Source: the human T2T-CHM13v2.0 reference genome, Homo sapiens
Assembly (NCBI RefSeq): GCF_009914755.1
Contig: NC_060930.1
DNA: 64,000 nt
Strand: one strand, 5' to 3'
The notes beneath the pieces are model-generated. The model was not told the DNA's origin and made no database searches. It saw only the letters and a program-made list of their open reading frames with translations. Positions 1 to 14,299 of the stretch are shown piece after piece (position 1 is the first letter of the stretch; each line of letters opens with the position of its first letter). Position numbers and translations under genes: made by a program.

Positions 1-339
1 AGACACTGGGCGAAACAAAACAGCTAGATCCATATACGGAGAAGGTAGCTGTATGTGTCTTAACTCCACCTGTCTCTTGCACCAGTCTGACTTCAGACAC
101 AAGGTTTGGAACTGAATGAATTACAGGTACAGTTTGCAGGTGATTTTGATGCTCTAGATCTAGTTCTTTTGGAAAAACTTGTTAAAGAACATATATTCGT
201 GTCACTCCAGTTCGAACTGGTTTGGTGTGTGTGTAGTTTGTTTATTGAGGGGGGAAATGTGCTTTACTTTATAGTTCAGTCAAAATTAATGGATAATGAG
301 GATAATAATTTGAGCCTATTAAATCCATTTATTTTCATC

Positions 340-2070
340 TGCAGTAGCCTCATTCCTCACTGCACTGCAGCTCCCAAACCAAGAGCACAGCCTGGCAAAC
401 CTGCACAAGGTTCCTTCCACCATATAGAGAAGCCGCTGCTGCCTGTGACTGACAGGTTGGGAGGTCTACTGCCCTGGGGAAGAAGGCAGTCACGGCAGAA
501 AAGGAGTTTCCAACAGAAGAAGTAGAAATCCTGGTCAAGCCTCCTATGGAGTGTAGAAAGAAGAGAGGCAGAGGAATTGCAGCAAATGATCAGGTACGTG
601 TGTCCTGACCCTCCAGCAGCCCAGAGCAGACGAGAAAGCCCCCAGCAGAGGGGTTTAGTTCCCTCTCCCTCTCTGGAACTCCACAAGGGTGATCTCTCAT
701 GGAATGAGCCTGAGGCTGCAGTCGAAAGAAAAAAATGATGGTGTGGTACTGTTCGTGTGAGTGTCTGAGGTGGCAATCCTGACATTCCCTTGGCATTCAT
801 GCACCATGGAAGAATCCAGAAATTTCCTGTACCCCATGGGAACAAGAAAGGTGGTCAAAGAAGTGAACTGGAACACTGCCAGAAAGGTTGCAGAAGCCTT
901 GGCAAAGTGACCAGTAGCCCTTGAAGGCTGCAGGGCAGAACTTCCAGATCAGGGATTGCTCACGAATGACAACCTGAACCCAGGAATGGGTCTGCAGTGC
1001 TGGCAGGAGCTGAAGGGGAGGCCTATTGAGGAGAGCTGCCAACCCTACTTGAGCTAAGAGAACAAACCACAAAAATAACTGATAGGGGTCTCATCAGCAG
1101 AAAGCAGCTCAGAGACCAGATCCAAGCAGTACACAACCCTACCCAGATCACCAAAGAGACCAGAATATTCCAGGGACACTACACAGGCCCAAGATCCCTG
1201 TCCTTCACCACTGAGGTCACACAGGCTCCTGGCCCTGCACACCAGACATCATGGAAAGAAGAGGGAGCGAGGTAGAAACAGCTCAGATATTGTATGTGTT
1301 ATCTGTCGCTGTGTGACAAATTAGCCCAACAGTTATTGGCTTAAAACAACTCTAAATATATATTATCTCCTATAGCTTGTCCGAGTCAGAAATGTGAGAG
1401 TGGTTTAGCCATTGCCTCTGTCTCGAGGATCTCTCATGTGGCTGCAGTCAAGATTTGGACCAGGGTGACAGTTATCTGGAGCTTTGACTGGCATTGGAGG
1501 ATCCACTTTGAAGGTGGCTCACTCACTCGTCTTCCAAGTTGGTGCTGGTTGTTGACAGGGAGTTGCTGCTTAAGTGTCTTCATGACATGACAACTGGCTT
1601 CCTCCAGAGAGGGTGATCCAAAAGACCAAAGTGGAAGCAGCATTGTCCCCAGAATTCTGACAGCATGACTTCGGCCATATTCTAGTGGTCACAAAGAAAA
1701 GCCCTGGTGTCACGATGAAGGGGATCCCGCAAGGGTACGAATCCCAGGAAGTGAGGCTCATTGGGGGCCATCTTGAAACATGGTTACCACAGTGAGGAAT
1801 TCATTTTTGAACTGACTGAAAAATCACCAGAAAAGTGATTGATTTAACCAGAAGAGGTTGGAAAGTTCCTGACTATGAAAATTCTAAAATTCTGTCATAC
1901 GAAGACACTTACATCTTTAACTTGAAATTTTTCATTTTTCCTGATCTACCCAGGCTTGAGAAGCAAAATTGATAATGGTTAGTTGGAGAACTGTAAAAAA
2001 AAAAAAAAAAAAAATTAAAATGTAATGTTTGCCCAGTGCTGAGTTGTGGCTGTTCAAGCAAATCTATTTC
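340..2070 (+). mobile_element. Possible ancient LTR (LTR78/MamGypLTR-like), interrupted by MLT1F
   Basis: Purine-rich body; the 3' end (A-tract at 1995-2014, then '...gctgagttgtggctg') resembles ends of LTR78/MamGyp-type LTRs. Weak, by-eye recognition. Confidence 0.3.
1291..1791 (-). mobile_element. MLT1F-type MaLR LTR
   Basis: Reverse-complement MaLR hallmarks 'ggcttaaaacaac', 'gtgtcttcatgacatgacaactggcttcc', 'ggctcattgggggccatcttg', ending 'taccaca'. Confidence 0.85.
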
Positions 2071-3208
2071 AGATGTTAATTTGGGTGAAGTTCCATTTTT
2101 GACAAATGAATATAGTTTTTTCTAGTTTGGGGTTTGTGGTTTCTTTCAGTTCATATCTAGTAGGCTTAGTTCTTGATTACTTTTCTTAAAAAATGGATAA
2201 AGTATCTGATCTTCCCCTAAAGGAATTTATACTATGGCTCAGAAGAGAAGAAAAGAAAAAGGAAAGGTGTAGTTTCACAAAGACGCATCCTCAGAGCAGC
2301 ACACTTTTTGGTCAGAGGTGAATGGTGTCAGTTGGTGGTCAGACGAAGCAGGCTCTCTGATGTTGCCAGCTTCAAGCACCAAGAAGGAAATCTCAAATTC
2401 CTCTTACTTCCTAACCACCAGGCAACCGAGGCCCCATCACATCAGGATCCCACTCCTCACTAGAAAAAGCCTTCCATGAAAGGGGAAAAGAACAAACCAC
2501 CTCCTGAGAAGGATCTCAGATAACAGTCTTACCCCGTGACTTCTGGAGAAAGAAAAATCTCCATAGGACGTGGGGGCTTGGGAATGTGTTTTCCTGAAAC
2601 AGGATTCTAATAACATACCAGAGCTCAGATTTCCAGGATAATTGAAACCTTTGGTATTAATTGGAGAAGGGGAGGGAATGGGGGAGCTGGGGAATGCAGA
2701 AACTTTTTCCTGCCATTGCTGGAAAACTTCATGCTGTGGTTTTGGGGAACAAATAGCCCAGTGTTTCACTGCTTTGGGTCCGAAGGGTGGAGGGGAGGTG
2801 GGCACTGAGTGGGGAGGGAGATATGCTCTGTTCAGTCCACCTTTCAGGTTGGCAAGGGACGGCTCAGCTTGGTGCACTGGAGAAGGAATTCCTAAATCCT
2901 TATTATTTCTAAACTTGTGGCTTTGCACCAGAGGCACAAGTTTTGGTCACATGCACATGTTGTAAATTTGTCCATCAGCAGATATCATGATTTTCAGAGG
3001 CAACTGGCACATCAAGTAGAAATCAATAAATAGTGTTCAGTGACAATGAAAGGTAATTATGCAGCTTTTTAAAAAGTAGCGTTATCGTTGCTACACCATA
3101 AGGAGAGAAGAGCAGTCCAATGGGCAGAAGTGAGAACTACAAATAGAATTTTTCACTTAGCATTCATTTGGTCTTCTACTTGTATCCACTTAATAAACAC
3201 TGTGTCTC

Positions 3209-3302
3209 TGGCCAGGCTGGTCTCGAACTCCTGCCCTCGTGATCCACATGCCTTGGCCTCCCAAAGTGTTGGGATTACAGAAGTGAGCCACCGTGCCCGG
3301 CC
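3209..3302 (-). mobile_element. Alu 5' fragment (~95 bp of left arm, AluS-like)
   Basis: 'gccaggctggtctcgaactc...gggattacagaagtgagccaccgtgcccggcc'; no right arm and no poly-T. Confidence 0.9.
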
Positions 3303-3554
3303 CTTCCTTCCTTTTAAATAACCTCCATAGGCCTGAGAGTTCACATTGGAGGACACCAGGACCACTGATTCAGAAAAACTTGCAGAAAGACACTCGGGGG
3401 AGGGTGTAGGATCCAGGGTATCTTAGCCTAGAGCTGACTTCCCCAAGGAACTGTGGTGTGGCGAGGATCTTTAAACTCTGCATTTAGGAGCCTTCATACT
3501 GATGTTCATCAAGTTGATAACTATAACCTTTTTGAATTATTCCTGAACAGGACA

Positions 3555-3800
3555 GCTGCCTCAGTTTCCTCGTCTGTAAAGTGGATATAATTTGATATCT
3601 TACAGGGCTGTAAAAATTTAATGAAAAGATATCTAAAGTGGCCAGCACAGTGCGCTTTATGAAAGTGTAACTTCCATCCCTGGCCTAATCTACGATATGA
3701 AGGAAATGCTATTTGCCTCATAAAGTTATGAGAATTCAATGAAAAACCTATAAAAGTATTAAATATTGTATCTGGGATATGGAAGATTTAGCAGTATTAG
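3555..3800 (+). mobile_element. MIR fragments
   Basis: MIR core 'gcctcagtttcctcgtctgtaaagtgg', followed by a second decayed 3' part. Confidence 0.7.
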
Positions 3801-6800
3801 CTCAGAAATTATTATTTCTATTATTAGTAGTATTAGTAGCCTGTCCTATAATTTCAGAGAAGAATAAATGTCTCCCTGCTCTTACTTCTACACTCCACCC
3901 TCCCCACCCTGCCCTCACTTGCACATGTCAGTGAATCTTTGTGAAGCTTTGGGACCTAGGCTTCTGCACTTCCTTGCCCCACGGGAATGTGAGAAGCTTT
4001 TCATTTGTTTCAGGGGCTGCATTTATATAATGGATACCCAGATGTTTGCTTGGCAAGTCAAGACTCAGCTAAGGAAATTCATTTTTGGGTTGAATAGGCA
4101 GACAGGACCGATGCTAAAAACACGAGAATGGGAGCAAAAGGGGGTTCAAGTCACTATAAGGCTGGCAGAGGCCAGGGTTCTGCTCCAAGGCAACCCCTGG
4201 GAGGTGGCGAGACTTTATAGGGCTGCAGCTGGGTGGCTATGCAGGAGAACCGGCTCCATGATGCACGGCCCAGGGTGCCTCCATAAAGGTCATGGCACCA
4301 CCCAACTGATGTGAAGCACAACATTGCATAATAGGTGGCCAACAACAAACCTGGTGATCCTCATAGACAAAGAACCAAGCCTGTCTGTTGCCTGCCTTCC
4401 CTTTCAGTCCATTTCTACCCCACCTGGACCCCGAGACCATAAGAACAAATCATCCAGCAGTCTGAAAACTTCTGTAATAAAACGAGTCTACCATGTTAGA
4501 AGAGCCTTGTTATTTCTGGTGGGCGCAAGGGTGTGGGAGTGGGCGGCATGATTTCTTGCTCTGCTCAGACTTCATCAGGTAGAAAACCGTCTCCCCAGTT
4601 TACCCTCTTCTTAGTTCTCTTCCCAAGCTATCTCAGGGATAAATAAGAGACAGAGCATGTCTCCTAGGGTCACATTTCATGTCAGCCCCCTTCCCATCCA
4701 CCTGAAGTCCAGCTCCCCCTTGGTTGAACCTTCCCCTTCCATGGGGACTATGCATGTTTCAGTAAGGCAATGCTGGGAGACCCTTCAGAGTGTGTCCTGA
4801 ACTGTAGATCAACTGTTTCAAATTACAACTCCAGTTCCAGGCCGGTGTTTTTTTGTGCCAAATCCTAAGAAAGAGATAAATGGAAGAGGAGGAAGAAAAT
4901 GGTATGTGAAGTCTTAATTGATGTTGAACATCTGATGGGACTTCTGCGAGGGCCCTGCTTTTGTCCAGAATACTTGGGGGTCCTTGTTTGTTTTTGCACT
5001 TATAGAATGCTTCTATTTATATCTGCTATGTTTTCAAAAAATCAAAGGGGAGATGCATTGTTAAGAACACAAAGATCACCACAGAGCTGGATGGTCTATA
5101 AGGGAGCAAAATGAAGTTTCTATCAATACACAGAAAACAAAATGCTTCAAGCAGAAACGGGTGCTGGTGGCCACAGGAAGGTGCCTTAGTCATTGAGCTC
5201 TCGGGCTGGGGAGGTGTTTAGGGTTTCTTTGAAGCCTCCACGGCTGTTATTAGATTTGTCTGGAGCTTGTTGAATACTATTTATTAGAGGCCTTCTTGAT
5301 GCTTCTTCTGTCTGATAGGTCATAACTTTTATGACACAGAAATAACCAAAATGAAGAAGCAGAGACAACTCAGAGATTATTTGCCAGTTCTCCAAAGACT
5401 GCCAGCCATTTCCACGAGGAGCATGCTGGATAATTTATGAAAACAGAAATCGTCTGTGGGAGTGAAATACAGCCCCATGCGCTGCAGCAGTCATAATGAA
5501 CAAAATAAATTCCATCGTTATGCAGATGTTGCACAAGGGCTGTCAGTGTGTCGAGGAAAATTTACTCCCTGTCCCCGAGGCAGGAGACAAACAATTCCAC
5601 GAAATGAAAAACAATGCGGAAGGAGAACGTAGAACCTGGCTTTCTGTCTTCTCGAAGAAGTTTTGCTGTACGTGTGGAGCAGTGAACTTGGACAACAGTA
5701 GAGTCCAATGAACCATTTATTTCCTGCAGCATTAGACAGGGAAACTTAAAAAAAAAAATTCTGGTATTTTGACCTGGAAACATTAATTAAACACTAGGAA
5801 AATAAGGAAAAGACGATCCATTTGAGTGACAGGTCTATGTGTCTGCAAGTGAAACTAAAATATTGGTTGTTTTGAAGAAACCAAATTATTCCCTTCCCCT
5901 TGGCGCATATGACTTTAAAGAAATTCAGAAATCATTCTCTCCAATGTCTACAGTTACATGTGGCCCAAACACTGCCAAAAGTCTCTGATTTCTGGCATAA
6001 CCTGGAAGAGTAATCTCCCCTCACCTCTGTGTCTGGTTTTGCTAAAATTTAGAAACTGCTGTGGTTCCTTAGCTAGTGCCAAGGAGTTATATATTCTGGT
6101 CTCCAAGCTACATGCAATTACTTGTCTTGGCTGTAATCTGTCTGGTACTCAACCTCCTTGGTAACTTTGCCATAAACCATATCTCTCTCTTTTTTATTTT
6201 ATTTGGGGGAGGACGGTATTTCCTCACCAGGAATTACGTTCCCATTAGATGGCTTCATTATTCGTTATGACTGCCAATTTGCCTTGCTCCAGAAACCTTT
6301 TATGGATCAGGAGTGGTTGTGCCCTGGCCGTCCAGCCCTGTGGATTCCCCCTTGAATTCCATTAACCAGGCCTCCCCACCATCTGGAATGCACCTGACTT
6401 GTCACCCGAATAGTATGTGTTGGCTCTTTTTCTTGGCCTCTTTTTTTTTTCCTCTTAATAATCGCCACTGAAAAGCAGAGGTAAATAGTAATTTTACTAC
6501 GGAATATTCTGAAGGAGAAGGTGGCTTGCTTTTCCTTTTCTGAATTTTCAGGAAATCATAGAGATCAGTAGGTAGATAGAGCTAGTCTATCATTCTACGA
6601 TACTTTCAGAAGTATGTAATTTACACTGCAGATATCACTAACAAATTATCCAGCTCAGATTGGTTGGAGGGTAGGTAAAATGTCTTTCCACATTTCCTAA
6701 AACAAAGAGAATCGTGCTAGGCAATGAATCTGCAGTGGGCCTAGACCGGTGACCATTTATTTAGAAGCCAAATAACTTCAGTCCTGCAGCTTTGCTTAGC

Positions 6801-7646
6801 TCCGGGTTCTCTCACAGTTTCTGCATAAATTTACCATAAAATCATAAAGCAAAACATAAAAAGAGAATGGTAACAGTAAAGTAGCTATGCCACAAACTCA
6901 ACAACGATTATATATTCTATCTAGGGCACACTTAACTCTCTAATTGCTAATTGTAATTTAAATGAAAACATGTGTTTCTTGTTAAATTCATCAACTACAT
7001 TTTTAAGTGCTGCCGAAGAGAACTGTGATTAAGGCTGAATGTTCACCTCACGGTTTTGACAACCACAGGGCTCAGGCGTTATCAGGATATCCTCTGAAGT
7101 TAGAGGCCCTTGATGGCCATGTGGCTTTCCAAAACCAACAACTCTGCAGGACAGAGAGGAGAGCATCTGGGAGAAATTACTCAGCTGGGATTCTTTGCAC
7201 ACCGTGTGATGCTGTCTCCCATGTGTCCAATTGTGACGACCCTGAGAAGTTCATCTGGATCCAGCTCTATTTGGAATCCAGCCCTTTGCTTGCTAAAGAT
7301 ACTCTGTGGATTTATAAAATCCTGACAAACTGGAGCAGCCTCCCAGCAAAGGAGCTGATTCCCTTCTGGTCTCAGGGAAGCCGTCCATCCCCCATGGGAC
7401 CAAGAAACGCATTAAATAAGGCGATGACTGTAAAGATCGCCTGTGCCGAGTAAGGATTTCAAGCCACTGTCTGGCACAGAGCGATCGCTCGTAAACACTG
7501 GTCTCATCCTTTTACCTGATAAGCACGATTTGATATTAAGAATGGAAAGAACAATGTCTTTTCTCTTCCTATGTCCAATAATTCATTTTTAGTTAAATAA
7601 ATAACTCTATATATTATGATGCAAAAAAATTGAAAGAAACATTTAA

Positions 7647-8000
<354 letters not shown>

Positions 8001-8042
8001 TCATAAAAATCTAGGATAGAGGACATTTTTTTAAGAGTGGTA

Positions 8043-8908
<866 letters not shown>

Positions 8909-9045
8909 TACTGTTGTTTTCAATTAGACATAGCAATTGGAATGAATCAAATTGCTTTTCCTTTTTAAAAATTGAGCTAACAAGAATGATTTGTGAATAG
9001 CTTATTGATCCATGTGGAAGAATATTAGCAAAGTGTTTGGGAGTC

Positions 9046-9416
9046 TGTAATAGTCTGGGCTGTGGAGAGGAATAGGAGATGTATCTGTCAATCATTCAAT
9101 CGAGATTTATTATGAGGAATTGACTCACTCAGTTATGAAGGCTGAGTAATAAGGCAAGAGAAGACCAATGCCCCAACTTGAAGACAGGCAGAGAGAGCGA
9201 ATGGTCCCTTACTAAGTCATTTGTTCTATTCAGCTCTTTGATGGATTGAATGAGGCCCACCTCCATTAGGAAAGGCAATCTGCTTCACTCAGTTTACCAA
9301 TGCAAATAGTAATCTCACCCAGAAACACTCTTACTGACACACTCAGAATAATGTTTAACCAAATATCTGGGCACCCAATAACCCAGTCAACTTGACTCAT
9401 AAAATTGACCATCATA
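9046..9416 (-). mobile_element. MLT2 (ERV-L) solo LTR, internally shortened
   Basis: 'gagatttattatgaggaattg...aggcaatctgcttcactcag...taaaattgaccatcata'; TSD gagtc/gagac. Confidence 0.85.
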
Positions 9417-9469
9417 GAGACTAAGATGATTTCATGAGATATTTAAAGCACTGTCTCTACAGCATGCCA

Positions 9470-9660
9470 TGGAAAATGCATGGCTTTGGAGTTGGGCAGA
9501 TTTGCACTGAGTTCTGGCTCCTCCACTTACTAAGTCTGGGTCTCTAGAAAGCCATGTGACCCTGCTGAGACTCCGTTACCTCAGTGGCCCAATGTGGACG
9601 ATAATAACTGTCTGCTCAGTTCATTGGGTGTGTCACTTGAGTGGTTCAAAGTGCAACCAG
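9470..9660 (+). mobile_element. MIR
   Basis: 'ggctttggagttgggcaga...ctggctcctccacttactaag'. Confidence 0.65.
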
Positions 9661-9997
9661 TATGCTTCAGTCCATCAGTCCACTCGGGAGCATAGCCCCA
9701 GCTGTGATTCATGTGGGACCTGGGGAATTAGGGTCTGTTTTTTCCACCGTGACAATGATGAGAGCATTGGTGGCCAAAGATGAGTAACTGAGAGGGTTGG
9801 TCCAGTTGGCCAGTCTCCATTCCAGCCACTTCTTGTTCACGTATCCACATGTTCTTGTTCACTTGGTGGATTGCACCCTGACCCTAGAGTACTGGATCAG
9901 AACTGCCCAGGCATGTGCTAACTCACAGACCCAGGGCAACCCTAACCTTCTTTCCCCTCAGTCCCCTCTTGAGGTCTAGAAGCTTCTCCTTTGGATC

Positions 9998-10258
9998 GGT
10001 TATGGGCTGAATTATGTTCCCCCTCCCCAAATTTATTATTTGAAGTCCTAGCCCTCAGTACTTCAGAATGTGACTGTATTTGGAAATAGATCATTTAAAG
10101 AGGTAATTAAGTTAAAACAAATCCATTAGGCTGAGTCCTAATCCCACTGGACACACAGAGAGACACCAGGAGTGCATGCACAGAGGAAAGGCCATGTGAG
10201 GGCACGGGGCTTCCATCTGCAAGCCCAGGAGGGAAGTCTCAGGAGAAACCAACCTGCT
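9998..10258 (+). mobile_element. MLT1B MaLR LTR, 3' part missing
   Basis: 'ttatgggctgaatt...cagaatgtgactgtatttggaaatag...gaaaccaacctgct'; colinear with the complete copy at 28028. Confidence 0.85.
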
Positions 10259-10274
10259 ATAGGATCTTTAAAAT

Positions 10275-10571
10275 ATCACGCATGTAATCCCAGCACTTCG
10301 GGAGGCCGAGGGGAGTGGATCACGAGGTCAGAGATCGAGACCATCCTGGCCAACATGGTGAAACCCTGTCTCTACTAAAATACAAAAAAATAGCCTAGTG
10401 TGGTGATGCGTGCCTCTAGTCCCAGCTACTCGGGAGGCTGAGGCAGAGGAATCACTTGAACCCAGGAGGCGGAGGTTGCGGTGGGCTGAGACCGCGTGAC
10501 TGCACTGCAGCCTGGGCAACAGAGCAAGACCCTGTCTCAAAAAAAAAAACACAAAAAAAACACAAAAAAAA
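10275..10571 (+). mobile_element. AluSc-like, slightly 5'-truncated
   Basis: 'gatcacgaggtca-gagatcgagaccatcctggccaacatgg'; A/C-rich tail. Confidence 0.9.
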
Positions 10572-11079
10572 CAGAGGTCTGTTTATGTCCCCTTTCTCTG
10601 GTAGTAGTTGGCTGCCTGTAGGCAGCAACATTCACTGTTTCAGTGATAACTTTCCTTCTGAACACCTGAGATGGTGACTTTCTAATACTTCATTAAACCG
10701 AGCAGAGGAAGAAAATACAAGTTCACTCTAGCTCAGCTACCTGCTATACTGCAAAACACTTGCCAAACTGTGTGCCACAGAGTCGTCAACTGACACGACT
10801 CCTTCTCTGGGTTTAACCTGTACTTTATTTTTTCTCCCCGCTGCAGCTAGGCAACCCCTTACTACTCTCCTGAGACCTGATGGAAATGATCTTTTTTTTT
10901 TTTCTTGAAGTTTCCTTTGGGGGCCTCAAAAACACAGAATTGAATTCATCATAATTCTTGGGTTTTGAAACACTCTGGTCATTGGCTCAGGTCCTCCTTT
11001 TAAGGAAGTAAATAATTACAATATAAATAAATTCCCTTGAACTTCTCATCCAACATGAGAACCAAAACCCTGAGAGTCA

Positions 11080-11890
11080 TTTATACCTTTTATATCCATC
11101 CTGCCTCCCCACTTCCTCACCTGGTAATGGCAGTAGTGAAGCTTGTGCTTATCATTGTTTACTGTATTAGTTAGAGTTCTCCAGAAAAACAGAACCAATA
11201 GGATATCTATCTACCTATCTATCTATCTATAAATAAATTTATTATAAGATATCTGCTCATGCAAGCGTTGAGGCTGAGAAGTCCCACCATCTGCCATCTG
11301 CAACCTGGAGACTCAGGACAACCAGTGATGTTGTCTGAAGACCTGAGAACCAGAGAGCCAATGGTGGAGATTCTAGTCCGAGTCTGAAGGCCTGAGAACC
11401 AGGAGTGCTGAGGGGCAGGAGAAGATCAATGTCCCAGCTCATACGCTCAGGCAGAGAGCGAATCCAACCTTCCTTCATCTTCTTGTTCTAGTCAGGCCCT
11501 CAGTGGATTGGACACTACCCGCTCACGATGCAGAGGGCCACCTGCTTTACTCAGTCCACTGATTCAAATGTGAATCTTTCCCCGAATCACCTTCACAAAC
11601 ACACCCAGAATCTTGAATTAGATATCCGGGCATTCCATGGTCCAGTAAAATGGACACATGAAATTAAGCATCACATTTACTTTTTAAGAAGATAGTTTTT
11701 ATCCTGTATTCCTAAAAAGCATATTGTTCAGTCCACTTTGTCTACATTTCCAATTTGTTGGCATAAACGTGTTCATAGTTTTCCCTACTTTCTTTTTAGA
11801 CCTTACTTTATCTGTCACTGTGTCCATTTTCATTCATGGTATTAGTACTTCTGTCTTCTCTTTCTCTCTTGATCAGCCTTGCCAGAGTCA
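11080..11890 (-). mobile_element. Old L1 (L1M/L1ME) fragments flanking MLT2B
   Basis: T-rich antisense L1-like text ('tttgttggcataaacgtgttcatag', 'cttgatcagccttgccagag'). Confidence 0.5.
11163..11675 (-). mobile_element. MLT2B (B3-like) ERV-L solo LTR
   Basis: Full length from 'tgtattagttagagttctccag' to 'aaattaagcatcaca'; perfect 5-bp TSD tttac (11158-11162, 11676-11680). Confidence 0.92.
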
Positions 11891-12142
11891 TCGAGTTTGA
11901 GGGTTGTTCACTCACTGGCATGCCCTGGTGAAAGGCACAGACACTCCCTCTACGGCATGGGCACAGTTCCCCTGTGGTTAGCCCCAGCCCCTGCCCTCCA
12001 CAGGGCTGCCCTTCCACTCAGACCTGGGCCCAGGTGCCCAGCGGCCCCTTCTCCCTCTCCATGGCCAGCTTCTCTCCAGTATGGACAGAGGCTCCTGCAT
12101 CTACCCATTGCCATCACACTTCCTACCCTCAGTTCAAGCTTC

Positions 12143-12448
<306 letters not shown>

Positions 12449-12539
12449 CAGTTCAAGCTTCTTTACGCTGTATAAAATGTCCCTCAAAATTAGAAATAAA
12501 AAAGTTTCCAGATACTTGATCTGTTATTCCTTCTTTCTT

Positions 12540-13112
12540 CTAATCAATTGAACACATACTTACTGCAGGTTCATATCTGTTCTGGGCACTGTGCAAAAAC
12601 ACTAGGATATAGCAAATGACAATAATGTCCTCCAGAAACTTACAGACTGCTGGGGAGAAACAGCTAGGTGATCTGATGATTTCAATGCAACGCGACATGC
12701 TCTAAAACAGTTAGACCTGGCCCTGTGTTTCTGAATGAGCCACTATTCCCTAAATGCGTCAAACCTTGGCAGACATATCTCGATCTCCCTGGAATGCTCT
12801 CTCCTCCACAACTCAGCCTTGTGGGTTACACATTCTTGAAGACAGAGCCTGGAAGTCCCCTGTCACGGCAGCTTGCTCAGTTTTCCCAAGCAGAATCTGT
12901 CATTGCCTTTGCACAATCCTGTAGCACCCTGGACACACTGCTTTTGGCCCACTGACTGCACTAGACTGATTGTTTATGCATGTTCCCCATGAGACTGTGA
13001 GTTCTGGAGAGACAGAAGAAGTCTTGATCAGCAGTATATGGACAGTGCTGAGTTCATTTCAAGAGACAGTCATTGAGATAAACACATGTAGAAATGAATA
13101 AATAATTGAATA
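12540..13112. mobile_element. L2 fragments (minus ~12540-12665; plus ~12770-13112)
   Basis: L2 3'-end text 'gagactgtgagttctggag...gaaatgaataaataattgaataaa' and antisense 'gggcactgtgc...ggatatagc'. Confidence 0.6.
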
Positions 13113-13431
13113 AAGCTGTAGCAAGTGAAAGATAAGTTTTGCCCCCAGCCTCTTCCAAATATTGTGTAACTTAGGGAGTTTGCTTGAAAGTGAAAATCAA
13201 ATAACTGCCTTTGGAAATTAAGGAAGGAAAATATACCCCTTAACATTCCAGTGTCTTTTCTAAATAAGTTAAAATTTGGGAAAGGGAGTTTTTGGCAGCA
13301 AGTGCATAGCAGAACAAATAGAGAATTTCAACTTGATTATTTAAATCAATGGTTAATTTAAAAAAAAAACAGAATTTGGGCAAACATTATGAACACAGAC
13401 ATATTTTTCTTGGAGTAGGTGGAATTTCAGA

Positions 13432-13820
13432 TGGTGGATTTGTTGCTCAGGGCTGCCGCAAAACAAAGTACCATGAATTGGGTGGCTTCAACAACAGCAA
13501 TTTACTTATTGCCTCACAGTTCTGAAGGCTGGAAGTCCAAAAATCAAAGTGTGGCCAGCGTTGGTTGTCCTCAGGGCCATAGATGGACTGATCTGCTCCA
13601 AGCCTCTCTCTTTGGCTTGTAGATGGTCATCTTCTCCCTGTGTTTCTTCCCTCCATTAGTTGTGTCATGTCTCTGCTCAAATTTCTCCTTTTCATAATGA
13701 CACCAGTTACATTGAACTAGGGCCTACACTAATGACCTCATTTTTTCTTTATTACATCTGTAAAGGCTATCTCTGAATAAGGTCATATTCTGAGCTACTA
13801 AGGGTTAGGACTCTAATATA
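13432..13820 (-). mobile_element. MLT1B/C MaLR LTR
   Basis: 'gggtggcttcaacaacag...cacagttctgaaggctggaagtcc...aataaggtcatattctgag...gggttaggact'. Confidence 0.85.
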
Positions 13821-13985
13821 TGGTTTGTTTGGTTTTTTTTGAGTCGGAGTCTTGCTCTCTTGCCCAGGCTAGAGTGCAGTGGCACCATCATAGCTCACTG
13901 CAGCCTCGAACTCCTGGGCTCAAGTGATCCTCCACCTCAGCCTCCTGAATCACTGGGATTACAGGTGTGAGCCACTACACCCAGC
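13821..13985 (-). mobile_element. Alu monomer (FRAM-like)
   Basis: Single right-arm-type monomer with T-rich tail; 13-bp TSD taggactctaata (13806, 13986). Confidence 0.85.
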
Positions 13986-14299
13986 TAGGACTCTAATAGA
14001 TCTGTTTTGGATTCAAGGACTATGGTCTTTAGAAGAAGAAAAGAAATGTATTTAGGAGTCCCTGAGCAGGACCAAGGAAGGTTAAAGTATACAAAGAACA
14101 GGCAGCACCAAATTAATAAACCAAACCAATGGGAAATTTACCCAATTAAATTGGATTGAGCAAAGCAGGCTAATTGAGGTTCGTCAGCTTTTGGCAGAAA
14201 GAGCGACTCAGAAGCTCAGTCTTATCAGTCAACATATAATTTCACATAAGAGTTTTATAAATATATTTCTGTGGTTGAACATAGTGATTTGAACACAGG

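Noticed and set aside
106-525. 139-aa ORF and short palindromes (CCAGTTCGAACTGG at 207-220)
   Set aside because: Non-ATG start, no recognisable domain, and it runs into probable LTR sequence; a single 14-bp palindrome in 64 kb is near chance expectation.
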